A program made the position numbers and the translations under genes. Below are positions 9,668-20,200 of a stretch of 64,000 bases of DNA, piece after piece. Positions within the stretch are counted from its first letter, which is position 1, and each line of letters begins with the position of its first letter. The notes beneath the pieces were generated by a model. It saw only the letters and a list, made by a program, of their open reading frames with translations, made no database searches and had not been told where the DNA came from. This DNA is from Candidatus Obscuribacterales bacterium (lineage in GTDB: Bacteria; Cyanobacteriota; Vampirovibrionia; Obscuribacterales; Obscuribacteraceae), in the NCBI GenBank assembly GCA_965228855.1, contig CBDDIJ010000003.1, forward strand, positions 2,560,001 through 2,624,000, read 5' to 3'.

Positions 9668-10639
9668 TCAAGCTGCATCGTGCGACTGGTCTAGAACCGG
9701 CATCGTCAGGGGATCTTTCCCACATCTCCTCCTGCTGGAGATTTCGCCTGCAATGTGTTTAAAAGAACGCCAGTTGAGTGGAAATTCCAGGTACACATGC
9801 GCGACACTCAAGAAGAGCAAAACGTTCAAACCCATCTTGAAGTCGTACGCATAAGTCGCCATCGCCAGGACGTACAGCACACCTACGGTTGCGATGCCAC
9901 GCTTTGACAACTTATGCCACTGAATGACTTTCGTTTTGGAAAACCAATTCAGATAATGGTATGTGTATGCAAAGGCGACAAGCCTCATTGCAGCAACAAA
10001 GTTATCGTAATTAGCATTCCAGCCAAGCAAATTGCTCAGGCGTCTTTCGATGTAACCGAAAGCCTGAGCGCTTTGCGCGAAGTATGGTGCAAATTTGTAC
10101 CCATTGGCAGTTTGCGGAACAAACAAAAAACTCAGCGTACAAAGAGTGAGCACCGCGACCGATACATAACCGGAAAGCTTGCGTTCTTTCAAGCTCCCCA
10201 GCAGCATGAACAGCCAAGTGAAGAGAAGAACGTGAATCAACGTAGTCAGATACAAGCCGAATAAAAATTCAGTAAAAGTCATCAAGGTGATAACCGGTGA
10301 TAGAACGATGACCGCAGCGATTCCAGCAGCGCGCTTTACCTTGTCTGGTGTTATGACCATAACTAACGCAGAACCGAACGCGATGAAACTTACAATCGCG
10401 AAACCGTAAACCACATGCATCAAACTCACAGCTGTAGCCGCGATTGCAAGAATCCAAAACCACCATGTTGACTTCGAGGACTCAACAAAATAGCCCTTTC
10501 GATTCAGCCACGGAATCTCAGTCAAATAGTGAAGAGGTCCCAGAATGGCGTACGTCACTATGAATAGCTCGAAAGGAATTAAATACGCAAGCACGTATGA
10601 GATCAGGATTAGGATCGTGTTCAAGGCGTTAAGTGACAA
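9668..10639 (-). CDS. Hypothetical polytopic membrane protein with several TM histidines
   Basis: Multiple TMs; GPLHYLTE, LIHVLLFT, YHYLNWF, AHVYLEFP. Confidence 0.75.
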   Translation of the reverse strand: MSLNALNTILILISYVLAYLIPFELFIVTYAILGPLHYLTEIPWLNRKGYFVESSKSTWWFWILAIAATAVSLMHVVYGFAIVSFIAFGSALVMVITPDKVKRAAGIAAVIVLSPVITLMTFTEFLFGLYLTTLIHVLLFTWLFMLLGSLKERKLSGYVSVAVLTLCTLSFLFVPQTANGYKFAPYFAQSAQAFGYIERRLSNLLGWNANYDNFVAAMRLVAFAYTYHYLNWFSKTKVIQWHKLSKRGIATVGVLYVLAMATYAYDFKMGLNVLLFLSVAHVYLEFPLNWRSFKHIAGEISSRRRCGKDPLTMPVLDQSHDAA

Positions 10640-10747
10640 AATAATCGGCCCGAATTTGTTAATCCGGGTTCATCATAACAACTTAAACAGAAGTTGCAAC
10701 TTTTTTCCGTCTCGTGACAAATTCAGCGATTTGCCGATTTTACCCGG

Positions 10748-12214
10748 CTAAATTACCTGAACCCGAGCACTTAAATGCTCTAAGGCTCGCCGTAAGTCAT
10801 CCTCGTCTCGAGGCAAAATCGTCCGAAAGTCTATGTGAACCTTGTCGTCCTGAACGGTAGTGATAATAGGCGTTTCGAAGTTTCGCAAGAATGAAGAGAG
10901 CTTCGCCGACGAAGTCTTTTCGGCGGAAATTTCCAGAGCAAAACTTGGTAGAACCTTTCCAGGCAGACTGCCTCCGCCCAGCGTTGACTGGGATTCGACA
11001 ATCGAAAATTTAATCGAGGATGCTTGCACCGCATTTTCAACTTTAGTTAAAAACCGCTCGAGACGTCCGCGAATATCATCCGCCGGTTGAGAAGCAAGAT
11101 TAATGACCGGGAGAGACTGGGTAGGGCTCGGAGAGAGATACTGCGTAAGCACAATTTCAATCAGAGAGATTATTAGTTTGTCCGCACGCAAAGCGCGATA
11201 CATCGGATCTTTTCGCATGGCGGATACATATTCGCGTTTTCCAGCCACGATGCCGGCTTGCGGTCCGCCGAGCAGCTTGTCGCCAGAAAAGAGAACTACG
11301 CTCACACCACTTTCGATAACTTTATCGACAGTGGGCTCGTAGGCCAGCCCCAGTTTTGAAATGTCGAAAAGTGCTCCACTTCCGAGATCTTCAACAAGTG
11401 GAATTTTTCGAGCTTCGGAGATTTTCACGAGATCATGCAGTTTAGCTTCTTCAGTGAATCCAGTGATCTCAAAATTGGATCGATGGCAACGCATCATCAT
11501 GCCCGTATTCTCAGTAATCGCGTTGGAAAAATCGCTAGCCCGAGTTCTATTAGTCGTGCCGACTTCCTTGAGGGTGCCACCAGCGGCGGTGATTACGTCA
11601 GGAAGTCGAAAACTTCCACCAATCTCGATAAGCTCGCCTCGCGAGACTATTACTTCCTTTCCACGAGCCAGAGCGGAAACGGCCAGCATTACGGCCGACG
11701 CATTATTGTTCACAACGATCGCGCTTTCACTGCCGGTTAAAAGCCCGAGCAGTCGGCTGACCATTGCGGTTCGCTCACCGCGTTTTCCAGTTTCCACATC
11801 GATTTCTAAACTGGTGTAACCCTGCCCAATCTCTGTTAGCTTGTTTAAGGTGGCAAGAGGAAGCGGAGCCCGGCCGAGGTTGGTGTTCAGAATCACACCG
11901 GTTCCATTGATTACCCTTCTCACTCCACCGCGCAACAACGAGCGCGCAGTCTCAGCCACACGACTTGCCACCTCGACAGGCTCAAGTAAAGTCGGGTCGG
12001 ACGGAGCCCCACTGGATTTCTTGCCATTGCTCGACTTTCCGGCTGCCGCAGAAACATCACCTTCGAATTTTTTTCGAAGCCTGGCCAGATCTTCGCGAAC
12101 TAAATCAGCCAGAACATCGCGACGAAAAGAATTCGACAGTTCAGCCAAAATGGGCTCACGCAGAACTCTGTCGACCTGGGGAAATTTGATTGGGTTTAAA
12201 TCTGTTTCGCTCAA
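10748..12214 (-). CDS. selA: L-seryl-tRNA(Sec) selenium transferase (selenocysteine synthase)
   Basis: VINGTGVILNTNLGRAPL, SRGELIEIGGSFRLPD, EVGTTNRT, HRSNF, SGDKLLGGPQAG (PLP Lys). Confidence 0.93.
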   Translation of the reverse strand: MSETDLNPIKFPQVDRVLREPILAELSNSFRRDVLADLVREDLARLRKKFEGDVSAAAGKSSNGKKSSGAPSDPTLLEPVEVASRVAETARSLLRGGVRRVINGTGVILNTNLGRAPLPLATLNKLTEIGQGYTSLEIDVETGKRGERTAMVSRLLGLLTGSESAIVVNNNASAVMLAVSALARGKEVIVSRGELIEIGGSFRLPDVITAAGGTLKEVGTTNRTRASDFSNAITENTGMMMRCHRSNFEITGFTEEAKLHDLVKISEARKIPLVEDLGSGALFDISKLGLAYEPTVDKVIESGVSVVLFSGDKLLGGPQAGIVAGKREYVSAMRKDPMYRALRADKLIISLIEIVLTQYLSPSPTQSLPVINLASQPADDIRGRLERFLTKVENAVQASSIKFSIVESQSTLGGGSLPGKVLPSFALEISAEKTSSAKLSSFLRNFETPIITTVQDDKVHIDFRTILPRDEDDLRRALEHLSARVQVI

Positions 12215-12529
12215 AATAAAATACCTGTCTCAAAATCTTTCCCAAATTTGCGGAGCAAACCCCCACTCAAAAACCGTGTGACTGATATCAAAGCTCCAGT
12301 GTGCAATAAAGCGAATCGTCTGAAAAATCTCAGACCTCAGGCACATTCAAGAATTTACGACAAATTGCCCGCAAGGGGGTTGTCAGAAGGACGATTTGAA
12401 GGAACAATTAGAGTATGTAGTAAGCAACTGGAGTTTCCATCAGGATTTCGGCGATTACTTTCCGGTTTATCAAATACCGTCGCCGGCTCAACCAACTCCA
12501 CTCACTCCAACAAAGAGGGTTTCAGAAAA

Positions 12530-12787
12530 GTGGGCAAGAGTTTACGTCACCAAACGCTCTACCAGGACAAAGACTGGCTTTACCAGAAGTATGTCAAAGA
12601 AAAGCTCAGCACTGTTCAAATAGCGAAGATTTATCGAGAAGCTGAGAACAAATGGTGTGATCCCAACACCATATCTCGCTGGCTGAAGAAACACGGCATT
12701 AACATGAGGTCACTGGCGGAAGCGCAACAGAATCGCCATATCGTACCTCCGCCCCCGCAGAATACTCGTAAGGCACGCTCACAGTAA
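12530..12787 (+). CDS. Small helix-turn-helix DNA-binding protein
   Basis: GTG at 12530 after AGAGGG; YQDKDWLYQKYVKEKLSTVQIAK...TISRWLKKHGI HTH pattern. Confidence 0.7.
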   Translation: MGKSLRHQTLYQDKDWLYQKYVKEKLSTVQIAKIYREAENKWCDPNTISRWLKKHGINMRSLAEAQQNRHIVPPPPQNTRKARSQ

Positions 12788-12893
12788 CCGAGCCTGAACG
12801 GAGCAGCAAAGCTATAGCGAGCGGTTTCCAAACCGTTCAGAACGCAAGGTCTCGGCCTTGCGTTTTCTGCAAACTGGCGAATCGATTACAAAC

Positions 12894-13154
12894 CTAACCT
12901 ATAAGACCGCCACTGTTTAAGACGCCGCCGCCCATCATCATTATGGTTAGCAACCACAGAATGACCTCTCGGCCACCGAATAAGTAGAAGGTGCAGTAGG
13001 AGAACATCGACACTGCCGGCAGCCAAAATTTTGGAGCCTCATCTCTGACGGCATGGGCAGCCAGACATCCGGAGATGACCAGAGGAATTCCAAAGAAGCA
13101 TGCGTCGATTAACATGATGATTAGTTGATAGTGACCAGAGACGCGGGAGCGCAT
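12894..13154 (-). CDS. Possible small hydrophobic protein
   Basis: Hydrophobic 86-aa ORF filling an intergenic gap; no RBS or family recognised. Confidence 0.3.
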   Translation of the reverse strand: MRSRVSGHYQLIIMLIDACFFGIPLVISGCLAAHAVRDEAPKFWLPAVSMFSYCTFYLFGGREVILWLLTIMMMGGGVLNSGGLIG

Positions 13155-13239
13155 ACAGCTGCTTGATTAAGAGGAAACCATGCTTTACTCTCTGTGTCCA
13201 TGGTAGTTTGCCCACAGCATGGGCATTTGGGGTGTTGCA

Positions 13240-14319
13240 ATGACTAAGGGGCGTCCGGGTAAAGGACAGCGTGCGCCTGGCGGATATGACAGCCGCAAAA
13301 ACGGCCGCGAGCACGACGGCGGTGCGGAGCGTCGCGAGAGAAAAGACTTCGGCAGAAATAGTTCAGACGCCGGTTCCAGCAGAGAGCGGGGCGGGAGTTT
13401 CAAACGAGAGCGCGGAAGCGAGAGTTTCAATCGCGGCGAGCGCGACAGGGATAATTTTGACCGAGAGCGCGGAGGAGCGAATCACCATCGGGACAACGAT
13501 GAAAGTGGTCAGCGAGATTTATTGGTGTTTGGAAAAAATACGATAGTCTCCTACCTTGAACGAATGGATGAGGAAGAAGAGCCTAACGAACAGGCTCAAG
13601 AGATCAATAAAATTTTTCTGGCAGAAGGCGGCGTCCTCGATGAGCGAGTTCGAAAAATAAAACACCTGGCCGGAAAACTTGGAATCCCCGTCGTCAACTG
13701 CCACTCCGCCAAGCTCGACAACATGGTTCCACACGACAGCCGGCATCAGGGAGTGGTCGCTCAGATCAGCCCCATCAAACTGCTTGATTTTGCAGAATGG
13801 CTTGAACGGCTGCTTTCAGACAAGGAAAACCTTGAGAGTTCCGGTAGAAACCTGGACGGTTATCTGATCGTTGCGCTCGATGGCATCGAAGATCCTCGCA
13901 ATGTAGGCGCTATCATCCGCTCGGCAGAGTCGCAGGGCGTGAAAGCAATCTTGATACCTGAGCGGCGCGCGGCACAGGTAACGGATACCGTAGCAAAAAC
14001 AAGTGCTGGTGCGATTGCGCACATTCCAATAGTGCGTATCGTCAATACCGTCCGCGCCCTTGAAGAATTGAAAGAACATGGCTTCTGGGTTATGGGCCTC
14101 GCGGCGGATGCTCCCCAACCTCTATATAGGATGGACCTCAAAAGACCGCTTGTCATCGTGGTCGGCAGCGAGGGAAAAGGTTTACGACCGCTAGTCGTTT
14201 CAACCTGCGACTTGATGGGCTCGATTCCCCTGCCGGGCAAAACGGAATCACTAAATGCTTCGGTCGCTTTGGGAATAGCCGTATATGAGGCAGTAAGACA
14301 AAACACATCCAATATTTAG
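13240..14319 (+). CDS. rlmB: 23S rRNA (Gm2251) 2'-O-methyltransferase, TrmH/SpoU family
   Basis: HQGVVA, LDGIEDPRNVGAIIRSA, VGSEGKG, ESLNASVA; R/E/G-rich N-tail; start 13219 or 13240. Confidence 0.9.
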   Translation: MTKGRPGKGQRAPGGYDSRKNGREHDGGAERRERKDFGRNSSDAGSSRERGGSFKRERGSESFNRGERDRDNFDRERGGANHHRDNDESGQRDLLVFGKNTIVSYLERMDEEEEPNEQAQEINKIFLAEGGVLDERVRKIKHLAGKLGIPVVNCHSAKLDNMVPHDSRHQGVVAQISPIKLLDFAEWLERLLSDKENLESSGRNLDGYLIVALDGIEDPRNVGAIIRSAESQGVKAILIPERRAAQVTDTVAKTSAGAIAHIPIVRIVNTVRALEELKEHGFWVMGLAADAPQPLYRMDLKRPLVIVVGSEGKGLRPLVVSTCDLMGSIPLPGKTESLNASVALGIAVYEAVRQNTSNI

Positions 14320-14357
14320 CAACGTGAACAGGCAAGGGTTTCCAGTAGCCTCGAAAA

Positions 14358-14387
14358 TTGACACGTGGGATGAAACATCTGTAGAAT
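14358..14387 (+). promoter_or_regulatory. Sigma70-type promoter of the tRNA-tuf operon
   Basis: TTGACA-N18-TAGAAT about 25 nt upstream of tRNA-Thr. Confidence 0.7.
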
Positions 14388-14411
14388 GCCTGTTTACGTC
14401 GTAATTGCCGG

Positions 14412-14483
14412 GCCGGTGTAGCTCAACGGCAGAGCAACGGTTTTGTAAACCGTAGGTTGCGGGTTCGAATCCCATCACCGGCT
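14412..14483 (+). tRNA. tRNA-Thr(TGT)
   Basis: GCCGGTG/CACCGGC acceptor stem, TT-TGT-AA anticodon loop, GGTTCGAATCC T-arm. Confidence 0.95.
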
Positions 14484-14488
14484 CTTAG

Positions 14489-14571
14489 GGGCAGATGTCC
14501 GAGTGGCTAAAGGAGACGGGCTGTAAACTCGTTGGCGTAAGCCTACGCTGGTTCGAATCCAGCTCTGCCCA
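14489..14571 (+). tRNA. tRNA-Tyr(GTA)
   Basis: GGGCAGA/TCTGCCC acceptor, CT-GTA-AA loop, long variable arm. Confidence 0.95.
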
Positions 14572-14728
14572 TATTTCGACACCTGCTGTCTTTCACTCAG
14601 ACAGCAGGTTTAGTTACGCTTCTCGCTTGACAATTCACTTATCAAGCGAGAAACGTACCAAATAGTTAAATTAACTTGTGCCGAATCAAACTATTGGAGA
14701 AAAATCGCGAAATAATGATAGGCGCTTC

Positions 14729-14803
14729 GCCCACGTAGCTTAGCGGTAGAGCACCCCCTTGGTAAGGGGGAGGTCACCAGTTCAATCCTGGTCGTGGGCT
14801 CCA
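14729..14803 (+). tRNA. tRNA-Thr(GGT)
   Basis: GCCCACG/CGTGGGC acceptor, TT-GGT-AA loop, encoded CCA. Confidence 0.95.
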
Positions 14804-14919
14804 TTTTAAACGAGATGTCGCTGAGAAACCTGGTTCGGCGAGTTCGAAGTCAAAGTTCCAGGTATCGGTTCAAAGTTAAGTTCAGTTAGGTCAGACGTTT
14901 AGTTAAGGAGATAGCAGGG

Positions 14920-16104
14920 ATGGCCCGCGCAAAATACGAAAGAAACAAGCCAAACGTCAACGTGGGAACCATCGGGCACGTTGACCACGGTAAAACAACC
15001 CTCACAGCAGCGATCACCAAGATTCTCGCTGAGAAGGGTCAAGCAAAATATAAGAAGTACGACGAAATCGATGCTGCTCCAGAAGAGAAAGCTCGTGGTA
15101 TCACTATCAATACCGCTCACGTCGAATACGAAACCGAAAACCGTCACTACAGTCACGTAGACTGCCCAGGACACGCCGACTACATCAAAAACATGATCAC
15201 CGGCGCTGCTCAAATGGACGGAGCTATCCTCGTTGTCTCTGCCAACGACGGACCGATGCCTCAGACCCGTGAGCACATCCTGCTCGCCCGTCAGGTAGGC
15301 GTACCGCACATCGTCGTGTTCCTCAACAAATGCGACATGGTTGACGATCCGGAACTTCTCGACCTCGTCGAAATCGAAGCTCGCGAATTGCTCAGCAAGT
15401 ACGAATTCCCTGGTGACGATATTCCGATCATCCGCGGTTCCGGCTTGAAAGCACTCGAAGGCGACAAAGAATACGAAGCAGCAATCCACGAGCTCATGAA
15501 GCAAGTAGATGCTTACATCCCGACACCTGAGCGTGACATCGACAAACCGTTCTTGCTGGCTGTTGAAGACGTGTTCTCCATCACCGGTCGCGGTACCGTA
15601 GCTACGGGCCGTATCGAGCGTGGACAAGTCAAAGTTGGCGAAGAAGTCGAAATCGTTGGTCTCGGCGATACCCGTAAGACGACCGTAACCGGCGTTGAAA
15701 TGTATCAAAAGACCCTCGACAGCGGTATCGCAGGCGACAACGTCGGCGTACTTCTCCGTGGTATCGACAAAACCATGATCGAGCGTGGTCAAGTTATCGC
15801 TAAACCAGGTTCCATCAAGGCTCACACCAAGTTCGACGCTGAAGTATACGTACTCAGCAAAGAAGAAGGTGGTCGTCACACCCCGTTCTTCCCGGGCTAC
15901 AGACCTCAGTTCTACATCAGAACAACTGACGTGACCGGTTCAATCACCCTGCCGGCAGGCGTTGAAATGGTTATGCCTGGCGACAACGTCAACATGGTTG
16001 TTGAACTGATTCAACCGGTTGCTGTTGAGCAAGGGATGAGATTCGCAATCCGCGAAGGCGGCAGAACCGTCGGCGCCGGTGTTGTAGCTAAAATCATCGA
16101 GTAA
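14920..16104 (+). CDS. tuf: Elongation factor Tu
   Basis: [37 protein letters not shown]. Confidence 0.99.
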   Translation: MARAKYERNKPNVNVGTIGHVDHGKTTLTAAITKILAEKGQAKYKKYDEIDAAPEEKARGITINTAHVEYETENRHYSHVDCPGHADYIKNMITGAAQMDGAILVVSANDGPMPQTREHILLARQVGVPHIVVFLNKCDMVDDPELLDLVEIEARELLSKYEFPGDDIPIIRGSGLKALEGDKEYEAAIHELMKQVDAYIPTPERDIDKPFLLAVEDVFSITGRGTVATGRIERGQVKVGEEVEIVGLGDTRKTTVTGVEMYQKTLDSGIAGDNVGVLLRGIDKTMIERGQVIAKPGSIKAHTKFDAEVYVLSKEEGGRHTPFFPGYRPQFYIRTTDVTGSITLPAGVEMVMPGDNVNMVVELIQPVAVEQGMRFAIREGGRTVGAGVVAKIIE

Positions 16105-16142
16105 TTGAAGGCTCGCAAGAGCCATCATTCGAAAAAAACAAC

Positions 16143-16182
16143 TAAGGCTGCCGTTCTCCTGAGACCGGCAGCCTTAAACTTT
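16143..16182 (+). terminator. Intrinsic terminator after tuf
   Basis: TAAGGCTGCCG / CGGCAGCCTTA inverted repeat; T-tail weak. Confidence 0.6.
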
Positions 16183-16274
16183 GAAGGCAACTGAGATATC
16201 AGCACCGTATGCAGTGACAACGCGGCGCCATCATATACGGTGCAAGGGCTGTCCACTTTCGCGAGGGTATATTT

Positions 16275-16928
16275 GTGAAACTTATAAACGAGCTTCGAAA
16301 TCAAGGCGTTTTAGCAGCTGTCGCCGTGGCTACCGACGTGGTCGTACAACCTTCAAGTGAACGCCTGAGAGCTGAGATTGAACAGTTAATCGAAGAGCGA
16401 AAATTGAATGAGTTTCCCACACCGGAGATCAAAGATGCGGTTCGCAACTTGTTAAAAGCCGGTGGTTTCAAACCTAGCGGACGCAACAAACCAGCAAGCG
16501 AGTATCTCGCTCAAGCAGCCCGAGAGGGTCGCTTCCCGTTTATAAACAACCTCGTGGACATCAACAATTTGATATCCCTTCGAACAGGACTGCCAATCAG
16601 CTTGCTCGATAAAGAAGCGATCGGAGAAAGCCTGCGCCTTCGATTCGGGCGCGAGGCAGAGCGTTATGTGTTCAATTCCGGTGGTCAAGAGATTGAGCTA
16701 AAGGGGCTGATTTGCGCCTGCAACGGGGATAAGGACGAACCATTAGGCAATGCCGTGAAGGACTCAATGACGGGCAAAATCAAAGAGCATACGAAAGACG
16801 TAGCAGCGATTATCTATGCCCCGAGCGGTGGTGAGTTGGCACGAGTCGCCAGGGACCAGATACAGGTATTCGCAGACCTGCTCAGAGAAGAAGGCAAAGC
16901 AACCTCCGTAGAAACGTTCGACGCCTGA
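16275..16928 (+). CDS. Stand-alone B3/B4 (PheT editing-domain-like) protein
   Basis: GFKPSGRNKPASEYL...FPFINNLVDINNLISL...PISLLD motif. Confidence 0.8.
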   Translation: MKLINELRNQGVLAAVAVATDVVVQPSSERLRAEIEQLIEERKLNEFPTPEIKDAVRNLLKAGGFKPSGRNKPASEYLAQAAREGRFPFINNLVDINNLISLRTGLPISLLDKEAIGESLRLRFGREAERYVFNSGGQEIELKGLICACNGDKDEPLGNAVKDSMTGKIKEHTKDVAAIIYAPSGGELARVARDQIQVFADLLREEGKATSVETFDA

Positions 16929-17200
16929 CGAGCGAAGTAACGTTTGTAACTTTCGCGCGAGAAACTGTCCCAACTCTGGCGCCTGAAATAAGTGCAGCTC
17001 AGCAGTTAATATCGCTTTTCGACGCAATAATTCATGAATCTGGCAAGCTTGAATGTGGTATTTTTCTAAGCTTGCAAAAGGCTTACGATCACAAGAGATT
17101 CCTGGAAGTATCGCTCTCATCGAGCCCCGAGCAATAAAACAAACAGGACCTGGCACAGGCGTCCTGGCGTAATCCATGTGCGTAATTGCAGGAGAAATTC

Positions 17201-20200
17201 ATGAGTAAGAAAATCGTCCGAGATCGAGGTTCGTTCTCAAAAAACTGGGCTGCCGTAATTGCCGGCTCGCTGATGGTAGCGAGCACGCAGCAATCGCATG
17301 CAGCGAATGAGAACTCGTTCCGCGCCTTCAGGGACAATAACCCGAATCTCGACCGAGCAACTCAGCGTCAAATGTTCCGCGAGCAACGCGGCATAGAACG
17401 CACTCAGAACCTGGGTATACAAACACCCGCGTTGAACGTTCCAACCAACGCGCTTCCGAGCGTCGACAGCAGTTCCAGAGCTGTTCGCCAACTCGAAAGA
17501 AGACTGGAAAACAACGGCACTCGCAATCAAACGTTCCAGGCCCTCGATGGTCAGCTCGTGCGCGTCAACAAAGGCATCGACCTAGACCTCACCTCGACAA
17601 CGAGAAACATTACGCTCGGCAGCAATCTCTTCAACAACGCTACCGAACTAACCATCAAAGTCGGCGGAAATGAGAAAACGGTTTCCGCAGGCGATCAAGT
17701 TTCCGCAGCAGAATACGTTGCAGTTAAACAGCTGTTATCCGGCGGCGGACAGAAAGTCCAGCTCGATGCACAAGGTCGCGCAACAGGCGGCGATGTCGAC
17801 CTCAGCGTTCTCACGAACGGCAACGACACCATGCGCGCCTCCGATCTGGTCGTCCCAGTTAATGTCACCGCCATTGGTGACTTCGGCAGAGGCAGCGACT
17901 TCAGATTGCTCGGCGATTTGAATAACAGCGGTACCGTCCACGCTCTCACGACAGGCGTTCGCAAAAACAGCGGCGGCGCGCTCAGAGCCGACGACATCAT
18001 CAACAACTCAGGCGCATTGATTCAATCGGATGTATCCAATTTGCTCGTCGATGCATCGGGTAATTTCGTCAATGCAGGAACGATTTCCGCAAACGGAAAC
18101 ATCACACTTCAAGCTGGTGGTTCACTCACAAACTCCGGCAGCGTGAGCGCATCCGGCGATGTCGGCATCAATTCGAACAACGTTACGAACACTGGCACCA
18201 TCGCTTCGACAACAGGTGACGTCAACTTTAATGGCGCAGACACAGCGGCATTGCTGATCAACAACGCAGGTGGGACGGTCAGCGCAGAACGAGGCGCCAT
18301 CAACTTCCGCAGCGAAGCCTACACCGGCGCGTTCGACAACAACATCAACGGCGGTGACTTCGTCAGCAAAACATTCAACACTCACTCAGGCCTGGGAACA
18401 AGTTATGTCAACGTGAACCAGCTAACTGGAACCGTTAACCAAACTGGCGCTGCAGCTCACGTTCAAGCAGCAACCGAAAATCTGGAAATCGGCACGGTCT
18501 GCTTGACCGGAGACCCAACGTATCGCAACACCATGGGCAGTATCACTGTCGCCGGCGATATCACCGTCGCAGAAGCCCTGACAATAATCGCAGAGGGTGA
18601 CATCCTTGTTAATGACGGTGTCCACCTGGATGCCGGCACCACCAACTCCGGATTCGACGTGACACTGATCGCTGGCGCTGATATCACTGGTGTCAGCGGC
18701 GGCGCCAATATTCCAACAATTCCTCCTGGTATAAGCGGTTCCGTAACCATCAACGGCAACGCTTCGACGACGGGCGGCAGCGTCCTCTTCGGAGCGAACA
18801 CAGTTATCAACACCCGTGGCACCAGCCAGGGGACTCCAGCTAATGGCGGAAACGTAAACATCTTCGCATTCGAGGGAGCTTCGGCAGGGTCCGGAAGCGT
18901 CGACATGGGCGGCACCACTGTCCGAACAGCAGGTCGCGTCTCGGGAACCAACGGAAACGTCACCATCGTAGCTGGCGCATCCACCGGTAACTCAATAGTC
19001 ATTGGACAACTGATTACTGATCAAGGCGGTGCCGGCACCGGTTCCAACATCTCAATCAGCAGTGCGCAGCCCATCTCAAGTGGTGGTCAAATTACTTGGA
19101 ACGCGAACGGTCAGCGCACTACCGCTGCAGAACTCATAGCCTCCGCGGATACGAGAAACGGTAACGTGATTTTCGCAGGCGGTCAGGTCGTGGCTAACGA
19201 CACCATCACCGTGCAAACGGGTGGAAATATCACCCTGACAAACACAACCGACATAGCGACGAACACCGGCTCCGGTTTCGTTTACCTCGCCTCCGGCGGT
19301 ACTCTAACCGGCGATGCAAACTCGCAGGTCGCAGGCGAGAACATCTATCTCTTTGCCAATGGCAACATCGGCGCCTCCGGTACACCATTCGTGGTTCAAG
19401 CTAACAACTTGAACGTCGAGTCCACCACAGGAAGTGCGTACATACATAATGAATTAGGCGGCGTCATTCTCACAAACGGCAACCAACAGGTCGCCGGAGA
19501 CTTCGTCCTAAGCTCAATCGGCAACATTGCCGTGCGTTCCAACATCATCGCTACGAACGTCAGCTTGTCCGCCGGAAATAATTTGACATTCAATGCGCAA
19601 GGTCACATCAACGCTAGCGGCACAGTCGACCTTTCTGCTGTAAATTCGATTACAGCAAATGCCAACTCGACAGTAAGCGGAACTGAGCTGACGATCAACT
19701 TCTCGACTGGCACCCTGGATCTCAAAACGAACGTCGACGGTCTCACGGTGACGGCCGGTGATTTCGTCAGTGTCCATAACGCGAAATCGTTGACCATTCA
19801 TGATGTAACTTTGCTCAATAACTTCAGCGCCGATACGACAGCTGCAGGAGATCTCACTCTCGATGGCGACATCAACGTCACTCAAGTATCGCTCGCAAAC
19901 GCGAACGGCAACATAGTTCTGGACGGTGATATCAGCGCGGCCCAGGTCGCTCTAAGTGCACTGGGCGGTCCTGGTGCCATCGACCGCGTCAGCGGTTCGA
20001 TCTCGGCAGGCGGCTTGAGCATTCTGGCGGGCGACGGCGGCGTCGGTATGACAGGAGCGCTCGATATCAGCGCAGCCAACACGATTAACGTAAACTCTAC
20101 GACCACTGGAGCTGACGTCAATCTCGTATATAGCGGAACCGGCATCACTAACCTGATCGGTGCGAATGATATTTTCGGTGACTTCAGTCTCGAAGCAAAG

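Noticed and set aside
12248..12529. N-terminal 94 codons of the 179-aa ORF
   Set aside because: Not protein-like; the RBS supports the GTG start at 12530.
14899..15879. 326-aa minus-strand ORF
   Set aside because: Antisense shadow of codon-biased tuf.
16926..16945. UGA readthrough (selenocysteine) of the B3/4 gene
   Set aside because: An in-frame TAA follows after three codons and the domain is already complete.
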